A stretch of DNA of 64,000 bases from positions 41,146,788 through 41,210,787 of the forward strand of contig CM120640.1 of NCBI GenBank assembly GCA_051362555.1, written 5' to 3'. This document shows, piece by piece, positions 14,101-28,300 of the stretch. A model generated the notes under the pieces. The model was not told the DNA's origin and did no database searches. It saw only the letters and a list, made by a program, of their open reading frames with translations. Position numbers and translations under genes: made by a program. The stretch's first letter is position 1; every line of letters starts with the position of its first letter. Origin of the DNA: Lingula anatina (Eukaryota; Animalia; Brachiopoda).

Positions 14101-17100
14101 ATGAAAAATGGACAAAGTAGGTCCCCTTAGCCTGTGAAAATGTTTAAATGTCAGAGCCAATATAGATCAATCAAGGTTTCCCATTTAAGTTTGATTTTTG
14201 TCGACCACATGTCCTTGTGAAATGCAACATTTTACCTTTAATGTAGAGTTTGACCCATCAGTTCTTTATAGATCTCTAAAATTATAACCCTACTATTAGG
14301 TTCATAAATATAAATGTCAATCTACTCAGGATAATGAATGAATGCATTTTAATTGACCTTAAGAGCAACTTTTACGCACATTTTGAAGCTTTATTTAATG
14401 TCATTTCAGCAGTAATTATACACAAAGCATTCACATGTGTTGTAGTTACAAGATCTTCAAATGATTGTAACAAACTTGCCAAGGCATGTACGCTAATTTT
14501 TTTTATCTCTTTAAAGAACACAAGAACTGTACCTCAGATCAGTTTCGATGTCAGAATGGTAACTGTGTGCGTCAACACTGGAGATGTGACGGGGACGACG
14601 ACTGCGGGGACAATTCTGATGAAATCTGCCGTAAGTATGATATTCAAACGAGAATATGTTTGTTACCATCTTTTTTCATTGGGAAATAAAAAATATGAGT
14701 TTTGGAAGTGATATCATGAAATAACTTTGTGGGTAGAAAATATCCATAGTATTTATGACTTTGGATCAATACTTATTAGACCAATAGATTGTTTAAGTGA
14801 TTTTTCCAGTACTAGTAGGTAAATCAGATTTTATGAAAAACTGCTGTTTTTCACATGATAGGACTTTTTTTAGGGGCACTTCATACTTTTGAAGCATTGC
14901 TGAGGGTGTTGTTGAACTGTGAAATGAGTTCAGCAGAAGTAAAATTAAATACTAGGTTTTGTAAAATTTTCTTTTGTTTGTGTAGACAAGAGGTATAAAG
15001 TTCTAGTGTGCTGTTGTCCAGTGTCGAATCGCAGTCCAAGATCAACATGTCACTTGCATTTAAATGATGGGGATTGGCCACTTCAAGTAGAAATGAAAAT
15101 ATGCTACAGTTATGTAGGGTCTCTTCAAAAACAGGAGAGATAAAAGCACTGCAGGAGTTGTGTAGGCACTCGTTACACCTTGCAAACCTCTCGACAAAAA
15201 CAGCCACTTGATACAGAATTACAGGTCTTCAGAAAGTATTAACTTGCATAATACTTAAAGAGGCAGACTGGAATTTGGAAGGGGTATTCAAGCTTACCTT
15301 ATAATTGATCTCTATGTACAGTTTGAATTCACTGTTTATCGTATTTGAATTGGAATTGTCTGTGGGGAATGCTGAGCCATTAAGAAGGCATTTATACACG
15401 GTTTTGACGACCAAAATTGCTTGGTTGCTTGTAGTAATTTGGAGTACGTACAATTTTTCCTTTTTTCAGAGAGAATCTTTGACAGGTGAAGGTTGTTTTT
15501 AGAGTATTTTAGCTGTCAGTCACTGCCATATCTGTCACTGAGATGAGGCCATTAGACTGAAATATGGCTGGTATTCTTGTCATAATGATAGATCCAATAG
15601 CAGTTGATGGGCATAATTCACCAAGACTGACATAAGCCATGAAAAAGCCCTTCGCATGAAAGTCCCCCCTTCCCTTTAATCCTGATTTCTATAAAAGCTT
15701 TGAAATTGTGATATGCCACATCTGAATTTCACCGCTTTCTAAATGATTCATTTGATTTTAATAAGCAGCATAAACTAATATCTAAATCCAGTTTGAACTT
15801 ATCCATTAACTTGAACTTTTGTGAGGTGATGAGAAAGCTGCAAGGCACATTTCAGTTAACTGTGATAAATTTGTGTGCAGAAGGTAGCTTAATTATGATA
15901 GATTCATTTAACAGCAGACATCCATGTCTTTTTAACGAGTTACACATATGTTGTGCTTCTAAATATGTATGTTTCTACACCTGATTTAGAATTGAAGGAA
16001 ACACATTTGCAGCTTAGCATAAACTACTATAAATCATAGCAGATCTTTCTCTTTATTGAGTAAGGTTTTAAAGTAAATACATAATAGACTCAGAGCATGA
16101 TTGGTAAATCATAAATTCATACTTCTAACCAAAATATAGTCAGAAAGCACATATGAATCAGATCACCCACACAAATTACAGTCTCAAATAAGCTATATTT
16201 AAGTAAGACTTCATGAGAATTTAGTTTGGTAAATGCCACATTTTTATGGTTAATTGCTTAAAACAGCTTTTGTTGTTCTTGTTAAGTCCTGAATTGCATG
16301 ACTTGACGAGTTGAATTGAGGGCAGAGCATTCAGCAATCTGTCACATCATTTTTTTCAAAACCAAACATTTTTCATATTTGTATAACCTGCATATAGTAA
16401 ATGTGCACATAGATAGTATCTATAATTTCAGAAAAAAAATCACAACAAAAGATATTAAGTGTTTCACTCAGGTGTAAATACAGGAAATCATACTTCTATT
16501 TACATTTCCTTTCATATCTCATTTTTTTGATAGGGCTGTCATTATAATGGATGGGAAGCACATTTTTTACGTTTACCTCACCTGTCAAATTTGTGAAAAG
16601 GTGTGCCACGGTTTTTGTACTTGAACTTCTTCAGTTTTTTCTAAAAGTAAAGACCATGTAAAAGGGTGATGTTACACCTCATCATCTCCTCATTTCTAAA
16701 ACCCATACTGCATTAAATTGGTATCTGACTACCAACTCCATCACATTTATTATTAAAATACAGAGTATAAGTTACATAAAAATCAGTTTGATGAAGGTAT
16801 CATTGGACTTCCTGTTGAGAAATCCTGTTTTTTTTCATTGTTGTTGCTTAAAAAAACATTCAGACTTTTTCTGGTATAAGTTCATCAATCAAGGTAGATT
16901 TCTAAATAGCAAAGGTAGATAATGAAAGGTTAACCTTGTTATTTATACTTTTTTCTCTCTCTCTTTCAGCTGAACACCAAACATGTCATCCAAATGAGTT
17001 CCGCTGCTCAGATGGTACTTGTATCTCATCAACATGGCGCTGTGATTTTGATGAGGACTGTAAGGGGGGAGAAGATGAACATGATTGCAGTGAGTGTTTT

Positions 17101-20100
17101 AGATTAGATGACTTGATTCTAGAAGACATTCTTGAGACAAATTGGCATTGTATAGTATGTGTACTCTATTTTACTAAAAATTGTTATTACTATTACAGTT
17201 ATAATTGTGATTGTGTGGGTGCACATGTGCAAGTTTTATTTTTGGTCAACTTCTAAAAATGACAAAACTTGTTTGTATTACATACACATTACACTAGACA
17301 GATTAAATAAGGAATCCATTTCTCCTCTTACAGCTGTTTCGCCACACAATTGTACAAAGGACGAGTTCCTGTGTCCAGAAACAGGGCGTTGCATCTTGCA
17401 CTCCTACCGCTGTGATGGAGAGAATGACTGTGGGGACTGGAGCGATGAAAAATGTGGTAGGTGTGCCCACAGAGTTTATTAACAGAACACCTAACACACT
17501 CGTATAACTAGCTTGTTATTTCAACCAGCAAATTTTTGTTCATTGTTGGCATTTCATTAAAACAGTCTTGCATTTATTTATTGTAAAGACTTGTGTAGCA
17601 GTTCACACCATTTCCTTTTATGTCTGAAACAGACTTGCCTTGGGCCTGAGACTGCACGTATGAACTGAGAGAAATAAAGATTCAATACTCTGTTGTAGAT
17701 AGCCGGCCATCTTGTGGTGATGGAGAGTTCCAGTGTTCTAGTGGGATGTGTATCAATGGAGCCTGGGAGTGTGATGGAGAATATGACTGTCCTGATAACT
17801 CTGATGAGCTGCATTGTCGTAAGTTCCATCTAAATACTAACACATTTACCTTTTTAGCAAGACCATCAAGGTGAAAAGTAACTGAAGTTCTTATTCAAAT
17901 GTTTTCAAGTCTGTAATCATCCATCTTGCCTAGATGATATTTTCTTTGAATTTCATCCTATTATGATGGTCTGTTTGCCAGCCTTGCTGTGTAGTTTCTT
18001 GTATACATGCAGTAAATGAATTGTCTTTCCTACATGTTCCTCTTTTTGTAAGATTATCACAAACAAATTAACAAAGATAGTAGTTTGCGTAATTTTATGA
18101 AACTTTGGCTCATGAATCATCATAAAAAGATGAAAATATTTTATTCTTTGAAAAATTTTCAAGACATATGTTGATTTCAGCTAGCCCAAGCTGTGGACTT
18201 GGTCAGTTCCAATGTGTATCTGGACTCTGTATAAGGGACATATGGCGCTGTGATGGGGAGAAAGACTGTAGTGATAACTCTGATGAAGTTGGGTGTGGTA
18301 GGTTTTATCTTTTTCTACTTGCAGGAGTTTCTTTTTTTTGGGGGGGGGGGGGGGCATGTACATGTTAAGTACATGTTATTGTAAAAAAAATCTACATGCT
18401 CTAATAAGCACAGGCATATCAAGTTTGAAAACACTGTTTTTTACTATTTTATTTGTGAAGTAGGCACCCTTCACCTGACATTTAGCTTTCCCAGAGTATA
18501 AAGATGACCATAGGGCTATTAAGTCAATTTTTAAGTGCCTGTCAGTGAAATTACCATGCCTGTGGCTCAGGCACTGGGATTTGGAAATCTCTTCCCTGGT
18601 GCAATTGATAAGCATTTTGCATGTCTCTTTTGTTGTGATGCTTTTGATGAAATTATTTGAACTACTTTTATAGTGTTCCGTTATCAGTAAATGAACCAAA
18701 GGTACTTATTAACTGAGCCATTTGTATGATTTCATGGATATAGATATAATTGAACATCAAGTGCAAGCTGTTCTCGTGATTAATTAGGATAATGATAATA
18801 AAAACAGTGAATGGTTGTCATCATGATGTTAGTAATAATGTTAGTAATAATGCAAATGGTAATGATCATAGACGTAATCTTGGTATCATTCTATCCATTT
18901 TTACCTCCAGTCTATAACAACACTCACTGTGGCAAGGGTCAGTTCCGGTGTGACAATGGTCAGTGTATAGGGAGCAGCAAGGTGTGTGATGGAGAAGACC
19001 AGTGTGGGGATGGGTCAGACGAAAAGAAGTGCAGTAAGTTTGTGCAATTTCTCTCATAAATCTGTGCTCCCCAGGGAGATGAAAATGTCTGCAGCAAGTC
19101 TGAATCAGGGCAAAAAAATATGCCAGGAATATTGTGAGCTATTATAAACTGAGACATGGTAAAGTGCAGAATATTTACTTTTAACTTTGATTCTGAAGAA
19201 ATTCAGGTGAATCTTTTCAGGTGAATTTTTGTTATCATTTTTTGTTGTAATTTTCAGGTAAATGGAAATAGAGAGGAAAATGAAAATGACACACAACAGA
19301 ACACTTTTGAAATAAGCCTTAAAATGTAAAGGTTTGTTGTTTTTTTTTCTATTCCAGTCTCTCCAGCCAGTTGTTCTGCAGACAATGGTGGATGCACTCA
19401 GAAGTGCACTAATACCAGGATGGGGGCCAGGTGTACATGTAATGTAGGCTATGACCTCATGATGGACAAGAAGTCCTGCATAGGTTAGTCCAGCACTAGG
19501 TTAAATGAATTTTTTATCTTAGTATAAGGGCAGTTATAATTTGGTGTATGGAATGTTTTGGCCCCTTATTTTGCTGTAATAGTTTAAGCTGGACATGGTT
19601 TGATGGTTTCAACCAATAATTACTTTCAGTTCAATTTCAGTAATAATTTTCAAACATAATAAGAATAAAAAATTGCACAGTTTTGTACATAACAACTATT
19701 CTTGCTCAATATATGAAGTTAGGTGAGATAACATGAAGTGTTTTCATTTTAGATGTAAATGAGTGTGAGATTGAGGGCAGTTGCAGTCAGTTATGTCACA
19801 ATACCATGGGTTCATTCCGCTGTTCATGTACCAGAGGTTATGAACTCAAACCAGATGGCAAAGGATGCAAGGCACTAGGTGAGTTGAAATACATACATGT
19901 GTAGGATATGCTGTTTTTTTTTATAATTAGTTGTTTTGATAATTATCAGACCAACAGTTTGCAGATTGGCTATTTTTATTCAGCTAGTTAAATATCCACC
20001 TAGAACTGCCACCATATGTAGAATCAAGTATATTGTATCCCATTAATAGAATTTGCAGTGACTAGTATCTCATTTTCTCATTTTAGTGAGACTGTGGAGC

Positions 20101-23100
20101 AATATAAAAATGTCACTTAAAAATGGCAGGATATCACAGAGCTTAATGTAAATTTTGTTTCTAGGTGGAGAGGCTTACCTCATCTTTGCCAACCGTGTTG
20201 ACATCCGCAAAGTTCTCCCCGACAAATCAGAATACACCTCAATCCTGGCAGGTCTGGAGAATGCCATTGCTCTTGACTTCCACCATGATCTGGGCATGGT
20301 GTTCTGGTCTGATGTCACTCTGGACAAAATCAAGAGAGCTTACATCAATGGGACAGATGTCCAGGATATAGTGGACACTGGTCTGGAGAGTCCAGGGGGT
20401 GTTGCAGTGGACTGGATACATAATAAATTGTTTTGGACAGATTCGGGGACGTCCAGGGTGGAAGTGGCTAATCTGGATGGTAGTCAGCGTAAAGTGTTGC
20501 TGTGGGAGAATCTGGAGAAACCACGGGCTATTGCTGCACACCCAGGCCAAGGGTAAGATGTGCACAGAGAAAATTAAATTTAAAAAATATCCTGTAGATA
20601 GTTTTTAAAACACATTTATAAATGAAACCAAGATATTGTTTGGAATTATTTTTCTTACTAAAGCAAAACAATTCACAGGTAGAGCCAGAATGATTTTTTT
20701 TTTACTGACTACTCCCTTCTTTTTTTAATTTTAGGACTATATTTTGGACAGACTGGGGTCAGAGGCCCAAGATTGAAAGGTCCACCATGGATGGCTCATC
20801 AAGAGACATTCTGGCAGAGGAGAACCTGTTCTGGCCCAATGGTCTGGCCATAGACTATGCTGCGGACAGAATTTACTGGGCAGACGCCAAGCATCATGTG
20901 ATCGAGTGTGCTGACCTGGATGGAGCAAATAGGAGGATAGTATTGGATCAGGGTAAATAGAATTATTATACAGTGTTTCATTTGTACTTGGGTTTAACTG
21001 AAGTACAAATCTGTTCATTAAATGAAATTTAAAAATAAAGATCTACTATTGCTATGCAATAACTATAATAATAATGAAACGAAGACCTTATTTTGTTGGT
21101 ATTTGTCATAATTTGCAGAGATCACTCTGTTCCAGGTCTTCCACATCCATTTGCTGTGACATTGTTTGAGGATGAGCTGTATTGGACAGACTGGCATACC
21201 AAGAGCATCAAGAAGGCAAACAAATTTAATGGGAACTCTGTGGTAACAGTGAGGAACAGGCTGCACTTCCCTATGGACATTCACACTTTCCACCCACTGA
21301 GGCAGCCTACTGGTGAGATCTTTTTGTGTGAATTAACACATTTTAAAGTTTTTCTTTCATGGTGACTCTTTAATGCTTTGAAGAAATTAAACATATGATT
21401 ATTATCATAATTTTTTCAGTCTAGAGACATTTACAAAATTTTATTTGATTCACAAATGTTTCTTAAGAAATTCTGTATTAAAAACTCTACAATGACTGTT
21501 TTTATTGCAACAGTTGTGGAATATATTTTAATATAATAACCTTTTATAACTATTTGCACAGCTGTGAACAGGTGTGGCATGAACAATGGTGGCTGCAGTC
21601 ACCTGTGTCTTCCAAACTTAGACACCTATTCCTGTGGATGTCTCACTGGCTACAGACTGTTGCCTGATAACAGGTCATGTGCACAAGGTGAGGGGACTCA
21701 TCAACTAATTTTGTCAAGAAAAAAACTTTACTGAAAATTTTCAGTTGTTTTTATTATTTAACAGAAATTCACCTTAAAGAATTTGAATGCTTACTCAGAC
21801 ATACTGAAACTGTCGGTCCGATCGGTCATGACCGGCAAAATTTGTCTTAACCGGTAAAAAATTGGACTTGGTCGGTCCAAAGGACCGACTGGAGTTTTAA
21901 GAACCACAACTTTGAATTTACAGTAATCGTTCGACATACTTCACTAATAAAATTATATAAAACCCAAAGCGTTTTCCCCTTCCATTTCAATCCGATCACA
22001 TTCACAAACAAAGTAAGCTACCTAATTGTAGTATCCGTCTCAAACGAATAGGGTGATTTTGGGCAAAAATCCATTAGGTCCGGCAAATTTTTCATTATTC
22101 CCGGTTCAAATGTCTGGCCATTTTGAAAAGTTTTCAGCATGTCTGCTTACTCAAATTTACCTGAGAGGATTTTTAATGCTTGCTTACTTATTTGATGTCC
22201 AAAATTTGAATCAGATTTTATAGCATATTATATCTTTGTTTTCAGAAATTGAGAAATTCCTCCTGTTCTCTCATCAATCAGACATCCGTCGTATTTCATT
22301 TGACACAGAAGACAAGACCGACATAGTTGTACCTCTCAGCAACGTGCAGGGTGCCTTAGCATTGGATTGGGACAGTCGGGATAAACACATCTACTGGACT
22401 GATGTTAAAATGGAAACTATCAATAGGGCATTGTGGGATGGATCATATGATGAGGTAGAAATTAAAGCTATATAAATTTATGGTAAAGAAGTTGCTAAAA
22501 GGGTGTGCCAAAAGAATTGAATAATGTCAATTTTTACTTCTTTTCCCACTTTTGCAAAACTTTCATTTTTATTTGTCATTCAGATTTTTTCTCTACTATC
22601 AAATAAGTGTTTTAAGAATCTGAATTGAAATTTTTATACCCAGAAGACTTAAAAATTATAAATAAAGAATACATTTCCCTTCAAACTAAGACATAACAGT
22701 TTAATTAAAGGAAAGACTTGCCTTGTGGCAGGTCAAATACAAATCTGTTAAAAAAGAAAAAAAAAAGATGTTAGAGATGAATAACTTTTATCATCTCACC
22801 CAACTTGTTATCACTTAGATAATAGTTGGCAGCAGTCTGGAGAGCCCAGCAGGCCTGGCCTTGGACTGGGTGACTAGGAAACTCTACTGGACAGATGCAG
22901 GCACCGATATGATAGAAGTCTCTAACCTAGATGGTACTATGAGAACAGTACTGGTCTGGGAGGACCTGGACAAGCCTAGGGACATCATTGTGGATCCTGC
23001 ATCAGGGTGGGTCTAAAGAGATAATATGCCATGAGTTACCATTGTAGATCTTTTGTTAGAGGGAACGTAGAGATGTGATATACCAAGGGGTATCACTGTG

Positions 23101-25342
23101 GTAACTAAGGGTCAGTCTGGGAGGATGTGGCCATTTGTGCCATTTGCCTTACGGTTAAAATAGATGATAATTTTTGTTAATTTTGTAAACTTATTCTGTA
23201 TATTTCTTATAAGGTACATGTATTGGACAGATTGGGGCAGGCTTCCTAAGATAGAGCGTGCAGGAATGGATGGCCAGAACAGGTCCATACTGGTCTCTCA
23301 GAACTTGACCTGGCCCAATGGGCTGGCCATTGATGTCCAGAGCAGGAGGTTGTATTGGGTGGACGCTGGTCACCATGTCATTGAGCATGCTGATCTGGAT
23401 GGCTCTAATAGAAAAGTAAGCCCTGGAAATTGTGAAATGGATGCACAGGAAGGTGCCCTACCAAACAAACAGTATTGCATCAGAAAATCCTTCTTGGGTT
23501 TTTGAGATTGGAGACTACTATTGAAATACATAAAGGCATATTTCATCTATTTTCATTGGTGAACATTTTTTGTTGACATTGATTTATTGTTTGCAAATTT
23601 AAGTAGTATCTAATTAAATCAACCCCATCTTCTTAATATAAAGTACATTTCTGTTTATCACATTTCAGATCTTGCTGGCAAGTGAAGTACCACATCCATT
23701 TGGCCTGACAGTGTATGAAGACAATATTTATTGGACTGACTGGCAGACAAAGAGTATTCATGTTGCTAACAAACTCACTGGAGGAAACAGGAGTGTGCTG
23801 GTTCAGGGCCTGGACAACCTCATGGATATCCATGTGTATCACAAGGGCAGGACTATGAGTAAGGTTCCCTCTGGTGGAGTTTAATTTGTTGGATAGAAAA
23901 TAAAATTTGGATAAGAGTCTGTGTGTGGGGGGGAGGGGGGTATTATATTGAACAGGAGCAGGATTTTAGATTTATTTACTTTTACTTTTTTGTTATTCAT
24001 GGTAAATATTGTTCCTGAAAAATGTAAAAAAAAAACACAAAAGTAATCTTAATCCACATAACAATGAAATATTTTCCTCTGATATTTTAGTCCCAAATGC
24101 TTGCATGGTAAACAATGGAGGTTGCAGTCACCTATGTCTTCTTGCCCCTCCTCCCAGTACTCACACTTGTATGTGTCCCACTGGAATCCACCTGTTACCA
24201 GATGGCAAGACATGTCAGCCAGAACTGAACCAGTACATTATATTTGCTCGTAAAACAGATATCAGGCTGATCTCCCTGGACGTGCCCTACTATGCTGATG
24301 TTGTACTGCCTATAGAGGGGCTGAAGAATACTATTGCACTGGATGTGGATACACAGGAAGGTAAGTGTGATGTATTGAGATGTGTCATACATAACCAATT
24401 GTAATCAATGGATGTGGTAGTTTCATGGGAGTATTTTTCATTTATTTTGAAACTTTTAGTGAAAGAAGTCTGATGAGTTGTTTTCCGGCATATTTGTAAT
24501 TTTATTTCAACTTTGTGTCTAATTTTAGTCAATGTATATTTTAGTACTGGTTCCTCTCCAAATAGAATGATGTTATTGAATTTTCATCTTTGTAAATGTC
24601 ATCTGAATAAAATTTTGAGTAAAGAGAAATCTTTCATGAGAGTTTCTCTTTTTCAGGCAAAGTATACTGGGCTGACATTGGCCTTGACAAAATCCAGCGA
24701 AGTAACTTGGATGGTTCTGATGTAGAAGATGTCCTGACTCAGGGCCTGAAGACCATGGATGGCATTTCACTGGACACTGTGGGTCGTAAGATATACTGGA
24801 CAGATACTGGACGTAACAGAATTGAGGTGGCCAATCTGGACGGCAGCATGAGGAAAGTCCTCTTCTGGCAGAACATAGACAATCCTAGAGCTATAGTGGT
24901 AGACCATAACACTGGGTAAGTGACTAGAATATGCCCTCCTTTTTTTTCTAATCTAAGTATTTTGTTATCAAAGAAAGCTTATACATTGGCCATTTTTAAG
25001 TGCTCATTTTCAGTTGAATATTTCTATTTCCTGGACAATGTGACAATTTTGGTTATACATAGATTTTGCCTATGAGAAGAAGTCAATAATAAACAAGTCT
25101 TATGTAAGTCCATTCAAATTAAGCACATTAAAACATTTTTTCTGCAGATACATGTTCTGGGCAGACTGGGGTAGTGACCCAGTCATAGAGAGGGCTGACA
25201 TGGATGGTGAGAACAGACAAGTACTGGTCACTGACAACTTGGGGTGGCCAAATGGACTGGCACTGGACACAGAGAATGCCAAGATCTACTGGGCAGATGC
25301 CAAAACTGAAGTAAGTTATTTCTTTTAGATACAATTTATGCA

Positions 25343-25387
<45 letters not shown>

Positions 25388-28300
25388 GCAATGAATGTGA
25401 AGAGGAACTTAGATACGTGTGTTGAATGCTATTTTCCCTTCTTGTAGATGCTGGAGTGTTCAAACCTTGATGGCAGTAACCGCAAAATAGTTGTGTCAGG
25501 CTTACCCCATCCTTATGGCTTGACCATTTTGAATGACCATGTATATTGGACAGACTGGCAAGCCAAGGCCATCAAGAGAGCAAACAAATTAACTGGGGTG
25601 GATGTAACGGTTATTCGTGAAAACATGCCCGGACTAATGGACTTGCATGGAGTACAGAAAATGGAGCAAAAGGGTAGGTGGCATAGGGTTAAATCTGTGG
25701 TAAATAAAAGCCACTAAAATAACATGACTATCATTCTAAGGTGTTACAATGTTCTTACTGCTTTTTTCATCGACATGCATTACTACTGCTTGATCTTAGG
25801 CTAAAGTGGAGTAATATTCCTTAAGTGAAGGCAAACTTTTGAGTTAAGTTCCCATTTGAAATCTGCCCTTTGGTATATGTCTTATAAAAAAGTTGATATA
25901 ATCTGCAAGTACATGACAAGTACATGATGACAGTTTTATGCTTGGTGACAGTTTTTGCCCATTTATTTGACAATAGATTCATAACCCTGAAATATAAAAA
26001 ACTAGTTGATCTACCATTGCAAGGAGCCACACTGAGAGTTGATTTTGTCAATAACATATAGGTACCAGCAGATGTGGTTCTTACAATGGAGGTTGCAGCC
26101 ATCTTTGTTTACCTAATCCTGGAGGTTTCAGCTGTGCCTGTCCCACTGGAATACTACTGAAGCCTGATGGAAAGACATGCTACAATGGTATGTATTGCTC
26201 TCCATTTGGTACAAAACAAAATAAAGATTGCTTGTCAGATATACATGCATTTTGATACAAGATTACCCAGAAAAATAAAATAAGTACCAAGTTTTAAGAT
26301 TGCTTTGTTGATGATGTGAACTGACATATCAAAAACTTTTTCCTTAAGGTGTAAGTCATTTGGCGACATTAAAATATATGTATATGTACAATTCTTTTAA
26401 ACATATGTCCCTTGTAGGTAAAAATGTATTGGCAATATAAATGATTAAACTTATTTCTTGGCAGTTCCTACCACCTACATGCTGTTTGCTAGCCGTGACA
26501 GTATCCAGCGTATCTCCATGGACACACCAGATAGCACAGAGGTCTTCCTCCCCCTACCAGACCTCAGCAATGTCATAGCTCTAGATGTGGACTATGCTGA
26601 CCAGAAACTCTACTACACTGATGTACATCTTGATGTCATAAGGTGGGTGCTGGCAAAGGGATATAAATTGTAATTAAAAGATTTGTTTTTCAGTTAAGTT
26701 TGTATTATAGATCAGTGATAATTTATTGAATTTATTATTTTTTTTGTCTGTTAAATATGACAAACTTGTGAGCAAGGAATGTGCTGATCAAAAATAATAA
26801 TAACATTTTTGATATTCTTATCAGTCGAGTCTTTTTGGTACTTGATGTAAAAATATCATTGGGTTGCTGTTATGGTTCTTCCAGGAGGTCTAACTTGAAT
26901 GGCACTGGTGTTGAGACCATAGTGAGCTCTGGACTGACCACAGCAGATGGCCTGGCAGTGGACTGGCTAGGGAGGAACCTGTATTGGACTGATACAGGTA
27001 CTGGTCACCCTGCTGCCTCTCGGTCAAATAGAACAGGTGATATAGGCATGGACAGCCACAGCATAGAGGGACAAGGGAACTTGTACTAATCTCAGCATTC
27101 ATTCTTATGATATGCTTATCTAAAGGAATTGAAGTCTTAAAAATAATTTTAAATAGGCAGTGCTTCTGGTGGTGGGAGTCCATTTCCTATATTTTGGTTT
27201 ATATATGCTCAAGGCAAAGGTTGATGGTCTCTTTTGGGTTGTGGTTGTGGACTAACTTTGGAAATTATTAAGACAGGAATGTTATATTTCCATGGGTATT
27301 TAAGGTCATATTGGTGTAGTTTGGTCATAATTGTGTTCAGATGTGACCAGGTGTCCCAAACACTTTCATGGATACAGGTTTAGTCTTCAGACCAGCTCAC
27401 TAACTAATGATAACTAAATGACCTGTACACAGAATATGGCACAGCTAAGTTTCATAGGTCAACTTGGCATTTACTGTAAGTAATGTAACGTTCTATGTCA
27501 CTTATGCATTGAAGAGATCCAATCTTTGCAAGCCTATCTGATTAATTCGTTTTTCATATCCTGTTAGTGATTTAATCGTAATATTTTATCTATCAGGTCA
27601 CAACACAATCCAGGTGTCTAGACTAACAGGATGCTGCAGAAAAACTCTCATTAACACTAGGTTGGATGAACCACGAGCGCTGGCAGTATTTCCTGTTAAA
27701 GGGTAAGCTTCACATTTTTTTTAAACGTAATATACAATTTTAAACAAAGTTCAATGAACCAAAATAACAGGAAAACAAGCAAAAATGTCCTCTTCAGGTC
27801 TTGAAGAGAGAATTTTGCAAAAGCAATTAAACCTGGGTTTGAAATAGGTATCCCACCATTTCTGTATTACAGTGGAAATTATATACATTTCTTCATCTTC
27901 CAGGTACATGTTTTGGACAGACTGGGGCAACACTCCAAAGATAGAGCGTGCCTTTATGGATGGCACTAATCGCAGGGTTCTCGTCAACACAGAGCTAGGC
28001 TGGCCTAATGGACTGGCACTTGATTATGAAATGGAGAGGATATTTTGGCTAGATGCAAAACTGGACAAGATTGAAACTTCTGACTTAAATGGTGAAAACA
28101 GAGTGCTTCTGATAAGTGGAACGCAAGGGGTGCTTGACCATCCATTTGGCATCACTGTGGTAAGTCTGATTGCATCCTTTTCATATTGGATAAAATATTT
28201 GATAGAGCTGGCATTTCAATGGTTGGGTGAACCCTCAAGATAACTACCTAAAAAAATAGATCTTTTCAAAATTCTGATAATAGTGTATTATGTTCATATG

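Noticed and set aside
20239-20565. Antisense ORFs over LRP4 exons
   Set aside because: Shadow frames of coding exons with no independent support
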